From a virus: DNA of 64,000 bases. A program made the translations under genes and the position numbers. Shown here piece after piece: positions 57,005 through 64,000 of the stretch. The stretch lies in IMG/VR virus record IMGVR_UViG_3300045988_061891, one strand, 5' to 3'. Below the pieces are notes generated by a model. It searched no databases and had not been told where the DNA came from. It saw only the letters and a program-made list of their open reading frames with translations. Position 1 is the stretch's first letter; each line of letters begins with the position of its first letter.

Positions 57005-57658
57005 TCATTTATTGTTGCTAAGGGAGTTAGGATAATATAAGAGAGTTCCCATAGAGTTCTTATGGACATCTACATCAGGAAATGCCTCACTGAATGCTTT
57101 GGTATTGAAAGGTTTTACAATGAGATGAATCCCTTGTTTAGTAGGCACTTCAGCATAGATATAACTATCCTCCACTTCTTTAAGTGCTTCTACTGAAATA
57201 TCAGAACCTTTCCTCCCCCAAGCCTCTGCATATAACTCAAAGAGTTTCTCTTTGATAGAGTCCTTCATGGACACATCATCTATATCCACAATCCACTTGG
57301 GCATCCTTGACTTGAGTTCACCTGCTGCACTGTTAAGGCACTTTCTTGGATTTCTTACAAGACCTTGATGAATGTCACTTGCAAGCTTTACCAACATCAA
57401 CTTCTGTAAAGCATCAAAGTCTTTACCAGCAAGATTGATATAAGCCCTAGCTCCATAATGTTCACACAAGAGAATAATCTCAGGCATAATTCTTTCAAGA
57501 TGTTCTCTACTCCTAATGAAGTAAGTTTTGATAGCACCCTCCCTCACTTTCTCTCCTTTGTGGTCTTTAGCTCTCTGCACAATTTGACAGTGCATGAACA
57601 TATTGTTAGCTTCATTGAAGTAGAAGTGAGGAAGGATAAGTTTAATGTTATTTATCAT
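57005..57658 (-). CDS. Hypothetical protein with AEP-like motif order (DxD ... GxH ... D)
   Basis: 217 aa. It has KWIVDIDD, then QGIHLIV, then PDVDVHKN, in the order and spacing of primase-polymerase motifs I-III. The assignment is speculative. Confidence 0.3.
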   Translation of the reverse strand: MINNIKLILPHFYFNEANNMFMHCQIVQRAKDHKGEKVREGAIKTYFIRSREHLERIMPEIILLCEHYGARAYINLAGKDFDALQKLMLVKLASDIHQGLVRNPRKCLNSAAGELKSRMPKWIVDIDDVSMKDSIKEKLFELYAEAWGRKGSDISVEALKEVEDSYIYAEVPTKQGIHLIVKPFNTKAFSEAFPDVDVHKNSMGTLLYYPNSLSNNK

Positions 57659-58238
57659 AATTAGTATTTCTGTATTTCTTTAGTGCCTCTTGATATTGAG
57701 GTGTTTTAGAGTAACCACATGGGTTCATGAACTCAGGACAGAATCCTCTGTAAATACACTCAGGTACCATCTTTTCTGCCATAACAGGGTCAATCTTTCT
57801 TATAGACTCCTGTACCTGTTTCCATGCCGCCCTTGTTTCGGGGGAAGCACAGTTACATAATCTTTTTCTTGAGATATTTATTAGAGCTTGAGCATTAGCA
57901 GACATATCCATATCATTCTCTGCACCCTGAGGAAGCTGGTCTCTTGTCTCAACACCATACTCTTCAAAGATAGCCCTCCTATCACCCCTCTGGCTATGTA
58001 CCATCTTCTCACAGCCTTCATGGTGCCTTACTATATGAGTAGTTACCCATTGTTTAATACTGCCCCAAGTCCATTCAAACTCTACAAGCCTGATAGGACT
58101 ATGTTCTGCAAGAAGCATCTTTGCTTTCCATGAGTCAGAGGGTTCTTTATCAAGTGGCTCTTTACCTATGGTTCTCCTAGCAGCATTGAGTGCCCTTTTC
58201 CATAGAGTAACTTTTTCCATTCTGAGTATTTTACTCAT
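57648..58238 (-). CDS. thyX: ThyX-like (flavin-dependent thymidylate synthase fold), divergent signature
   Basis: EHSPIRLVEFEWTWGSIKQWVTTHIVRHHEGCEKMVHSQRG aligns with the ThyX block HETPFEH..FTF......ARQ..RHR..S....SGRY. The downstream NAQALINISRKR corresponds to NARSLMNFLNLR. The signature is RHHxxC...SQR instead of RHRxxS...SxR. Confidence 0.55.
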   Translation of the reverse strand: MSKILRMEKVTLWKRALNAARRTIGKEPLDKEPSDSWKAKMLLAEHSPIRLVEFEWTWGSIKQWVTTHIVRHHEGCEKMVHSQRGDRRAIFEEYGVETRDQLPQGAENDMDMSANAQALINISRKRLCNCASPETRAAWKQVQESIRKIDPVMAEKMVPECIYRGFCPEFMNPCGYSKTPQYQEALKKYRNTNYDK

Positions 58239-58423
58239 ATCTTAGCCTCCTTTCTAAAAGTCGCCATAGCTTCTCTTAGCCTATCACTAATGTGTTTTAA
58301 GCCTGTGCAATCATAGTCTGCACCATAGTAATCTATCGCTAAAACTGCACTTCTGACAGCACTCAATAAAGTTCTGACAGCACTCAACAAAGATATTGTT
58401 GCCTGTAATTCTTTCTTAGTCAT
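58235..58423 (-). CDS. Small helical protein containing a 7-aa tandem duplication
   Basis: 62 aa. LLSAVRT-LLSAVRS is encoded by a 21-nt tandem repeat. It overlaps the ThyX-like gene start by 4 nt. Confidence 0.45.
   Translation of the reverse strand: MTKKELQATISLLSAVRTLLSAVRSAVLAIDYYGADYDCTGLKHISDRLREAMATFRKEAKI
58351..58392 (-). repeat. 21-nt tandem direct repeat (2 copies, 1 mismatch)
   Basis: ttctgacagcactcaataaag / ttctgacagcactcaacaaag. It encodes the LLSAVR(T/S) duplication. Confidence 0.9.
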
Positions 58424-58429
58424 AAATTC

Positions 58430-58687
58430 TTAGTTTTGTGTAAGACCCTTAATAAACCCATTGATAGTACTGGACTTGGTGACCCCAGTCCATCTATTGA
58501 GCATCTCATTATTATCATCTAAAAGAATCATTGTAGGTATAGACCCGACAGCGTACTTAGCCGCAGAGTCATCGTCCTCATCAATATCAATAACCTCAAG
58601 TTCTACATCTATAGGGTTCTTCTCAAACTCTTTGGTCTGTACCTTGCAAGGACCACACCAACTTGCTTTAAACTGTAATAGTTTCAT
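58430..58687 (-). CDS. trx: Thioredoxin
   Basis: 85 aa. It has the WCGPC active site in FKASWCGPCK and the cis-Pro context SIPTMIL. Confidence 0.9.
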   Translation of the reverse strand: MKLLQFKASWCGPCKVQTKEFEKNPIDVELEVIDIDEDDDSAAKYAVGSIPTMILLDDNNEMLNRWTGVTKSSTINGFIKGLTQN

Positions 58688-58718
58688 TTTAGTATCTTTC
58701 CTTTATGTTTTACTATGT

Positions 58719-58901
58719 CTACTTTATTAAATTATTTTCTTTGATTAATCTTCTGGCAATTACATCTACAAGAGTCTGAGGAATACTGATATGTCTTCCC
58801 TTATTGTTATAGTATACGTCATGACCTCCTTTGCTTCTTACATATTCAAAGCCATTCTGTCTGACCAACTTAACAAATTCTCTTCTAGCGTATTGTTTCA
58901 T
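58719..58901 (-). CDS. hicA: HicA-like mRNA interferase toxin domain protein
   Basis: 60 aa. MKQYARREFVKLVRQNGFEYVRSKGGHDVYYNNKGRHISIPQ aligns with E. coli HicA (MKQSEFRRWLESQG...GSNHLKL...RRSVMPRH), including the catalytic His context. Confidence 0.7.
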   Translation of the reverse strand: MKQYARREFVKLVRQNGFEYVRSKGGHDVYYNNKGRHISIPQTLVDVIARRLIKENNLIK

Positions 58902-59458
58902 TCTTTCCAGAGAATAGATAGTCTTTTGAAGTCTTCACCCTTAGGAACAGGGCAGTCCTTTATCCACTCTATATCCTTAACTTTCCATATGGACAAGTCA
59001 ATATCTTCAGGAAGCATATCCTTTATATTCTTAAAGAGGTTGAGTCTCAATGAAGGTTTCAGCCGGGGATTCTCAGCAAGAAACATCCCAAGTATCTTAT
59101 TAAGTCTGATAAACCTCTTGACATCATCCTTGCTATGGGGAGTGAGAACTATACCGTCAACCACATTGAGCAGTTGTCTTATAGGGAGGTAGGATGCAAT
59201 GGAGGTATATACATATATCTTCGGAGCATCCTCTTCTGGGTATAGCATGGGTCTGAGGGTCTTTATTAACCATGCAAGTTCTACCACCTTATCTACAAAC
59301 AGAAGAGGCTCACCTCCTGTAATCATGACTTCATCATAGTCAAAGCTTGTAACTGAAGGAAGTTTACTGAAATCCCATGAATTGTTACAGCACAATGGGC
59401 AATGGTTAGGACAGTCTGTTGTTACTAACAGTCGAAGTTTTCTATTTCTTTCCATCAT
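58898..59458 (-). CDS. Compact radical-SAM enzyme, glycyl-radical-activase-like
   Basis: 186 aa. DCPNHCPLCCNNSW is a CxxxCxxC cluster, close to the NrdG motif GCVHECPGCYNKSTW. ITGGEPLL is the SAM-binding GGE motif. Its stop overlaps the hicA-like start (ATGA). Confidence 0.7.
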   Translation of the reverse strand: MMERNRKLRLLVTTDCPNHCPLCCNNSWDFSKLPSVTSFDYDEVMITGGEPLLFVDKVVELAWLIKTLRPMLYPEEDAPKIYVYTSIASYLPIRQLLNVVDGIVLTPHSKDDVKRFIRLNKILGMFLAENPRLKPSLRLNLFKNIKDMLPEDIDLSIWKVKDIEWIKDCPVPKGEDFKRLSILWKE

Positions 59459-59460
59459 TT

Positions 59461-59643
59461 CTATTTTTTGCTGTTTTTATTTATCATCTCGGCAAGTGCT
59501 TTCTTTGCTTCTACTAAAGCCTTCTGAGCCTTACTGTTTCCCTCCAATTCACCATATTCCTGTTCAAATATGTATGTTATTATCTGGTTATACAGTTTAA
59601 GTGCAGCCCTTGCCTTTGTTTTGCAACTATAGTTTATTCCCAT
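59461..59643 (-). CDS. Small helical hypothetical protein
   Basis: 60 aa with predicted helices (KAQKALVEAKKALAEMI). It lies 2 nt upstream of the radical-SAM gene. Confidence 0.4.
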   Translation of the reverse strand: MGINYSCKTKARAALKLYNQIITYIFEQEYGELEGNSKAQKALVEAKKALAEMINKNSKK

Positions 59644-60061
59644 CTGTCAACATTTTTATTTTATCATATATGTACCAGACAGCCTTTTCTAAGTCCTGAA
59701 TGGTCTTCTCTTTGTTAGTCATTCCTTCCTCTGACTTATGCCCAGCTCGTAGTAAATATTTGACTGCATTACCTATATCAAAGTCAAGATGCCTGGTAAT
59801 GTCAATTACTTCAATACCACACTTCTCTTTAAGCCAAGTATAGTGACTGGGATGATTGACTTTATCCTCTTTAACAAGAGTAGCCTCGGCGGGAATAAAG
59901 TACTCTTTGTTCTCTATAATTTCAGGTGTTCGAAGTGCCCTTTTGTCGCCTCTTTTTATATTGACAATAGTATTGCCATTAAAGAGGGCCACTCTATCTC
60001 CTTTATTAGCAAACCTTATGTCCTCTATAAAGAAGTCTTTTATGCAAATATATTCTTTCAT
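59627..60061 (-). CDS. DUF3310-family protein
   Basis: NHPSHY...IEVIDITRHLDFDIGNAVKYLLRAGHK matches the DUF3310 signature (HP.HY ... GNA.KY..R...K). The start is moved to ATG 60061 (MKEYICIKD), 13 nt after the polA stop. The track start at 60142 would overlap polA by 68 nt. Confidence 0.6.
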   Translation of the reverse strand: MKEYICIKDFFIEDIRFANKGDRVALFNGNTIVNIKRGDKRALRTPEIIENKEYFIPAEATLVKEDKVNHPSHYTWLKEKCGIEVIDITRHLDFDIGNAVKYLLRAGHKSEEGMTNKEKTIQDLEKAVWYIYDKIKMLTDGNKL

Positions 60062-60074
60062 TGTTATTTCTATT

Positions 60075-62144
60075 TTAATGAATCCAATAAGTTGGTAAAG
60101 TTCCATCTTTAAGCCTTGAAACCTCTGCCTCAAGAGGAACAATCCTGCAAATGAACCTGCCTGCTTTTACCATACACTCGTGAAGCTTATCAGCTACCAT
60201 TTCTGCCATATATTCAGGAGCCTCAATATTGAACTCATCATGTGCTGGTATACAGAACTTTACAATGCCAAACAGGTTATTATCCACCACCCATTTAAAT
60301 AGGTTTACAGCACATATCTTAAAGATAGCACTGCCCCTTGATTGGATAGGATAGTTGATACTCTGTCTCTCTGATGCTGACTTTCTTTTGAAATAGTGCC
60401 TGACATCTTCCACAAGTGGGTCTGATGGGTCTTCTGCTTTTAGTCTTCTATATCTTGCCCAGAACTCTTGATTGAATTGTTTCTGTACTTTATCCAAGTC
60501 CTCGAAGTCATATATATATGCTCTGAAACCTACCTCTGGACACGTGTTTATATATCCAAGTTGCATCACAACCCTTCTCTGATGAGACTGATATGCTGCC
60601 ACACCTGGAAAACCCTTCTTATAGTTAGCCTCAATAGCTCTTGCTTCTTCCTCTGGTATATGGTCTCTACCAATCAGAGTATTGGCGTCTCCACCATAAG
60701 CAAAGGTAAATTCAGGAGCCTTGGCTTTCTTCCTTAGGTCAGGTCTTAGTTTCTTGACCTGCTCTACGGGAATATCCCTTAATTCATCAGGGTAAACCAT
60801 CTTGGCTACCAGAGAATGCAAGTCTCCACAACCATGTAGAAACAAGTCTATCATAGCCTTGTCCTTGGATATATTAGCCAATATTACAGACTCTTCTCCA
60901 CTATAGTCAGCACTAATCCATTTATTGCCTGTCTCTGATATAAAACAAGCTCTTGTCTCTGCATCAGCAGGGAGATTCTGAAGATTCACCAATGGCACTT
61001 TCTTACCTGGTATAACCTCCTTATCATCACCTCCACCTGAGCTATATCTGTGAGTATCTGTTCCTATTTGATTGAAGGAAGTATGTATTCTTCCTGTCTT
61101 TGGGTTGATGAGGTCTAGGAAATTCTGTCCATAGGTACTTGTCACCTTCTGTGCAGCCTTGAATCTCAAATAGACCTTGGCTATAGGGTGCTTATTTATC
61201 TGTCCTTCAATTACAGTAGCATCCACAGATTTCTTCATTCCACCTTTGACTTTATCTCTGGTCATAAGGTCAAAACCAAAGAACTCCAACAGAGGTATTA
61301 CCTGCTTTGAACTATTCCAATTGACCTTGCACTTAGGACCAGCTTTAACAAAGCCAAAGAGGTCAGGATATGCCATCTCTATAAACCTGTCTATACCTTT
61401 TGCACCTTCATTATATAAGTCAACTATAAATTTATCCAGTTCATCCTGAGCCTCCTTCAACTCAGCCTCATCCTTCTTCATCTTGGCTTGCCACTTTTCA
61501 GTGTCTAGCCTTACTCCACAGAATTCAAAGTATGCAGTAGGAAGTACAGCCTTATTCTCTACTTCAAGAGCAAGTTTCTGACCTCTTTCATAGAGTATTG
61601 CAGTCTGAGCATTCATAATATCCTCTAGATACTTCACATCATTTGCAGCATACTTTACAATTTCATCAGTCAGTTCTTTCTTCCATATAATCTGCCCTCG
61701 CACAGTCTTGTCAAGCTTTACTCCAAGATAATTCTCTCCAGCAGACTTGAGACTTAAAGAGTGCATACCTGAAGGCCAACCTAACCATCTCATCTTCTCT
61801 GCAAGAAATCCATCATAGAGGTTCTTTGGAACGATGCCATGATAGAAAAGGAATTTTACATCAAACTTCAAGTTCCATCCAATGAATAATCTGTCTGACT
61901 CTAGATACTCCTTATACAATTTGACATCTACAGTAGTACAGTCAATGACAACTTGAAAATCCCTGTTACCAAGCTGAAGCATTAAGAGTTTCTTGAGAAA
62001 TGGACTAAATCCTTCGGTCTCAGTATCAAGTCCTACAATCTTCAAAGGTTCGAGGAGCCTTAATGACTCCTCGACACTTATGATTTTGTAAGTTGGGTTG
62101 TCAAATATCTGTTGTTGACTACTTACAAGATATATTTGATTCAT
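60075..62144 (-). CDS. polA: Family A DNA polymerase with 3'-5' exonuclease domain
   Basis: Exo motifs: VGLDTETEG, GWNLKFDVKFL, YAANDVKYL. Pol motifs: ISADYSGEE (A), RKKAKAPEFTFAYGG (B), IPAHDEFNIE (C). Confidence 0.9.
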   Translation of the reverse strand: MNQIYLVSSQQQIFDNPTYKIISVEESLRLLEPLKIVGLDTETEGFSPFLKKLLMLQLGNRDFQVVIDCTTVDVKLYKEYLESDRLFIGWNLKFDVKFLFYHGIVPKNLYDGFLAEKMRWLGWPSGMHSLSLKSAGENYLGVKLDKTVRGQIIWKKELTDEIVKYAANDVKYLEDIMNAQTAILYERGQKLALEVENKAVLPTAYFEFCGVRLDTEKWQAKMKKDEAELKEAQDELDKFIVDLYNEGAKGIDRFIEMAYPDLFGFVKAGPKCKVNWNSSKQVIPLLEFFGFDLMTRDKVKGGMKKSVDATVIEGQINKHPIAKVYLRFKAAQKVTSTYGQNFLDLINPKTGRIHTSFNQIGTDTHRYSSGGGDDKEVIPGKKVPLVNLQNLPADAETRACFISETGNKWISADYSGEESVILANISKDKAMIDLFLHGCGDLHSLVAKMVYPDELRDIPVEQVKKLRPDLRKKAKAPEFTFAYGGDANTLIGRDHIPEEEARAIEANYKKGFPGVAAYQSHQRRVVMQLGYINTCPEVGFRAYIYDFEDLDKVQKQFNQEFWARYRRLKAEDPSDPLVEDVRHYFKRKSASERQSINYPIQSRGSAIFKICAVNLFKWVVDNNLFGIVKFCIPAHDEFNIEAPEYMAEMVADKLHECMVKAGRFICRIVPLEAEVSRLKDGTLPTYWIH

Positions 62145-62404
62145 GATTCAAAATTTATTATGACACCTTTTCCTTCTCTCGATATAGATTTGATTATACA
62201 GCCGTCAATTATAGTTCCCTTTTGCATAAAGGGCCCACCTGAAGGGTCTACAAAGCTATAAGTATCGGGGTCTCCTTCTACTATACCCACTCTATAGCCA
62301 AACTCAGCATGGAGTGCATAAGACTTTGAGTTCTCATCACCTATCCTGGTGAGGTAGTTATTATCGTCCCTATATCTTGATTGGAGATTAATTTTCTCTT
62401 TCAT
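62141..62404 (-). CDS. Small beta-rich hypothetical protein
   Basis: 87 aa. It is translationally coupled on both sides by 4-nt overlaps. Confidence 0.45.
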   Translation of the reverse strand: MKEKINLQSRYRDDNNYLTRIGDENSKSYALHAEFGYRVGIVEGDPDTYSFVDPSGGPFMQKGTIIDGCIIKSISREGKGVIINFES

Positions 62405-62901
62405 TTATAATACGCTACAAGTTCTACAAAATCAAGAATATATCTATGTCTCTTGAAGAAGTCATTTCCTAGAAGTCCATCTATATGAACCCCTCTAGTC
62501 TTCTCAACTCCATCAAAGGCCTCATTTAGATTACTATTGACTATAAGAGAGACCCTAAAGGACTTACTCCTATGAGAGAGTTCTGTCTTCAGTATTCCAG
62601 AGGCTCCTGCATCTCCACCACTACTTCCTATATAGGAGTATTCATAGTCCTGTGTTTCACCTTTTAATTTATTGGCTACATCACTCCTAATATGGGATTC
62701 AGAACTTCCTGTATCTAACAGAAAGTTGAAGGGCTTATCATTGTTATATAAAGTAATAATAGGTATATTGGTGAGCTCCAAAGACTCTTTAATAGATAAC
62801 TTTGACCTCTCTTTATACAACTTAGTCCTGTAATGCCAGATAGTACCTGACGTGATTGTTAGAGCACATATTATGATGATTATCAGTAAATATGTATTCA
62901 T
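62401..62901 (-). CDS. Membrane-anchored retropepsin-like (clan AA) aspartic protease
   Basis: It has an N-terminal TM helix (LLIIIIICALTITSGTIW), the catalytic FLLDTGSSESHI (DTG) and the flap/dimer motif IDGLLGNDFF...ILDF, typical of bacterial retropepsin-like proteases. Confidence 0.7.
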   Translation of the reverse strand: MNTYLLIIIIICALTITSGTIWHYRTKLYKERSKLSIKESLELTNIPIITLYNNDKPFNFLLDTGSSESHIRSDVANKLKGETQDYEYSYIGSSGGDAGASGILKTELSHRSKSFRVSLIVNSNLNEAFDGVEKTRGVHIDGLLGNDFFKRHRYILDFVELVAYYK

Positions 62902-62908
62902 CTCCTTT

Positions 62909-63448
62909 CTATTTTATTCCAGTAGAGCCGATACCTCTCCTATCTTTATTACCAAGATTATCTACTTCAACAATCTTAATACCTGAAGAAAGAAGCCACA
63001 TAAGCTTCTGCCATATAGTAGCTTTCTGACTGAGTTGAACTCTAAACTGGCATATTCTGTCACCTTCATTGATTGTAGTGGCTCTGAATGCAATAGCATT
63101 GAACCTCCATTCATCATTGTCACCACAATAGGACTGGTCAATAACACCCTCACTGTTACCAAGTATGACACCAAAGTTTTTGTATGTACTGCTTCTTGGA
63201 AGTGCAACAGCCTCAAAACCTTTAGGAAGCTGCATTGCAATTCCAAGTCTTATAAGTTTGGAGTCAAACTCTACATCTCTATGTCTCTCCTCTGCTCCAT
63301 TGACCTTGTGTCTCTTGAGAATATTAGCTCGGGGAGCATTGAGAGTTACTGTCTCAGCTGCTCTGAGGTCAATCCAGTCTCCTTTGTCAATCACTTCGGG
63401 CAAAGGTATATTCTTATTTATTCTTTTTACTTTAATCTTTATTTTCAT
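62909..63448 (-). CDS. dut: dUTPase (trimeric type) with an internal insertion
   Basis: All five motifs are present: GDWIDLRA, LPRSSTYK, GVIDQSYCGDNDEW, GDRICQFRV, RRGIGSTG. An extra ~35 aa lie between motifs 1 and 2. Confidence 0.85.
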   Translation of the reverse strand: MKIKIKVKRINKNIPLPEVIDKGDWIDLRAAETVTLNAPRANILKRHKVNGAEERHRDVEFDSKLIRLGIAMQLPKGFEAVALPRSSTYKNFGVILGNSEGVIDQSYCGDNDEWRFNAIAFRATTINEGDRICQFRVQLSQKATIWQKLMWLLSSGIKIVEVDNLGNKDRRGIGSTGIK

Positions 63449-63620
63449 TTGAAAATCCTTTTACTTTTGCAGGCTTTGATACTGTAGTTAGTTGAGCTAC
63501 AGCAGCCTTGTTAGTAGATGTTTTTTTAAATCTGTATATTGGTACACCAAAGAGAGTAATCTGTATTGTTCTGACTGCTAACCCATCTTCACTGTACTCC
63601 TTGGTTTCTTGCTTAATCAT
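63432..63620 (-). CDS. Small hypothetical protein
   Basis: 62 aa. It overlaps both neighbours slightly. No motif was recognised. Confidence 0.35.
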   Translation of the reverse strand: MIKQETKEYSEDGLAVRTIQITLFGVPIYRFKKTSTNKAAVAQLTTVSKPAKVKGFSNENKD

Positions 63621-64000
63621 GTTTCCAGAATTTATGTGTTATGTCATACAGTTTACTCTTTCCTGCGCTGGTATGAACCACTTTATAGAACCTTTGATTG
63701 GTTGTTCTCTTGTCAAGAGGACCACACTCTTCCTTGTAAGGACCAAGCTTGATATAGTCAAAGTTCCATAGGTCTATCTCAGGAGATAGTTCCTGCTTTC
63801 CACTATACCATGCAACCTTGAGATGAGGATACTTATTCTGTAGACTTTGGTGCTTGATAAAAGCAGCACAACGGCTTACTTCCCCAGGAGCAGCATCACC
63901 TCCCATAAAAGCAACACAAGATATACCTTCATTGGCTTTTATCAAGAGGGACAGTTCTGCCTCATTGAGAGGAACTCCTATATCTTCAGCAAGATAAGCA
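63613..64000 (-). CDS. nrdG: Anaerobic ribonucleotide reductase activating protein, C-terminal part; 5' end outside window
   Basis: GISCVAFMGGDAAPGEV...KVAWYSGKQEL...DYIKLGPYKEECGPLDKRTTNQRFY aligns with the NrdG C-terminal half (GISLSGGDPL...WVWTGY...VDGKF...SSNQ). The frame stays open to nt 64000 (the track start is an internal TTG), and the CxxxCxxC part is missing. Confidence 0.65.
   Translation of the reverse strand, partial: AYLAEDIGVPLNEAELSLLIKANEGISCVAFMGGDAAPGEVSRCAAFIKHQSLQNKYPHLKVAWYSGKQELSPEIDLWNFDYIKLGPYKEECGPLDKRTTNQRFYKVVHTSAGKSKLYDITHKFWKHD

Noticed and set aside
60062-60142. A 27-codon N-terminal extension of the DUF3310 ORF that overlaps polA by 68 nt.
   Set aside because: The internal ATG at 60061 gives a 13-nt gap after the polA stop, and the extension has no recognisable features.
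1-64000. Stop-codon reassignment (TAG or TGA recoding), as reported for some crAss-like lineages.
   Set aside because: ORFs of 2-9 kb are uninterrupted under the standard code on both strands. Gene ends coincide with terminators or tightly coupled downstream starts. No suppressor tRNA was seen.
1-64000. CRISPR array, tRNA genes, integrase/lysogeny module, and a diversity-generating retroelement targeting the fibres.
   Set aside because: No spaced direct-repeat array was noticed. The few intergenic gaps are short and explained by promoters and terminators, with no cloverleaf-like segments. No recombinase or reverse-transcriptase motifs were seen in any ORF. A computational repeat or tRNA scan was not possible here.

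Overview
This window covers roughly two thirds of a crAss-like (Crassvirales-type) podophage genome, probably from a Bacteroidota host. It is AT-rich and uses the standard genetic code, since multi-kb ORFs are uninterrupted. Plus strand, 1-42.4 kb: the 3' end of terL, the portal gene, and a tail-fibre/adhesin block that includes a 2,104-aa CotH/LRR/Big_2/DUF1566-like protein. These are followed by a cluster of small membrane, lysis-like and unknown genes, then scaffold, major capsid protein and neck/adaptor genes. The strand ends with an IHF/HU-like protein, a GH24-like lysozyme, ring/muzzle-type tail genes and three large Gly-rich cargo/ejection proteins. Minus strand, 42.5-56.5 kb: two giant virion proteins. 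One is a 1,653-aa polyvalent protein with a PD-(D/E)xK nuclease core. The other is a ~3,010-aa virion RNA polymerase carrying the DFDID loop. Minus strand, 57-64 kb: nucleotide-metabolism and replication genes. These are a divergent ThyX, thioredoxin, a HicA-like toxin, a small activase-like radical-SAM enzyme, DUF3310, a family A DNA polymerase, a membrane-anchored retropepsin-like protease, dUTPase and an NrdG fragment. Five Bacteroides-type -7 promoter boxes (TTAYCTTTGYA) and several hairpin terminators punctuate the virion genes. No CRISPR array, tRNA, integrase or reverse transcriptase was seen. All functional calls come from motif and synteny recognition by eye; no database search or structure prediction was run.
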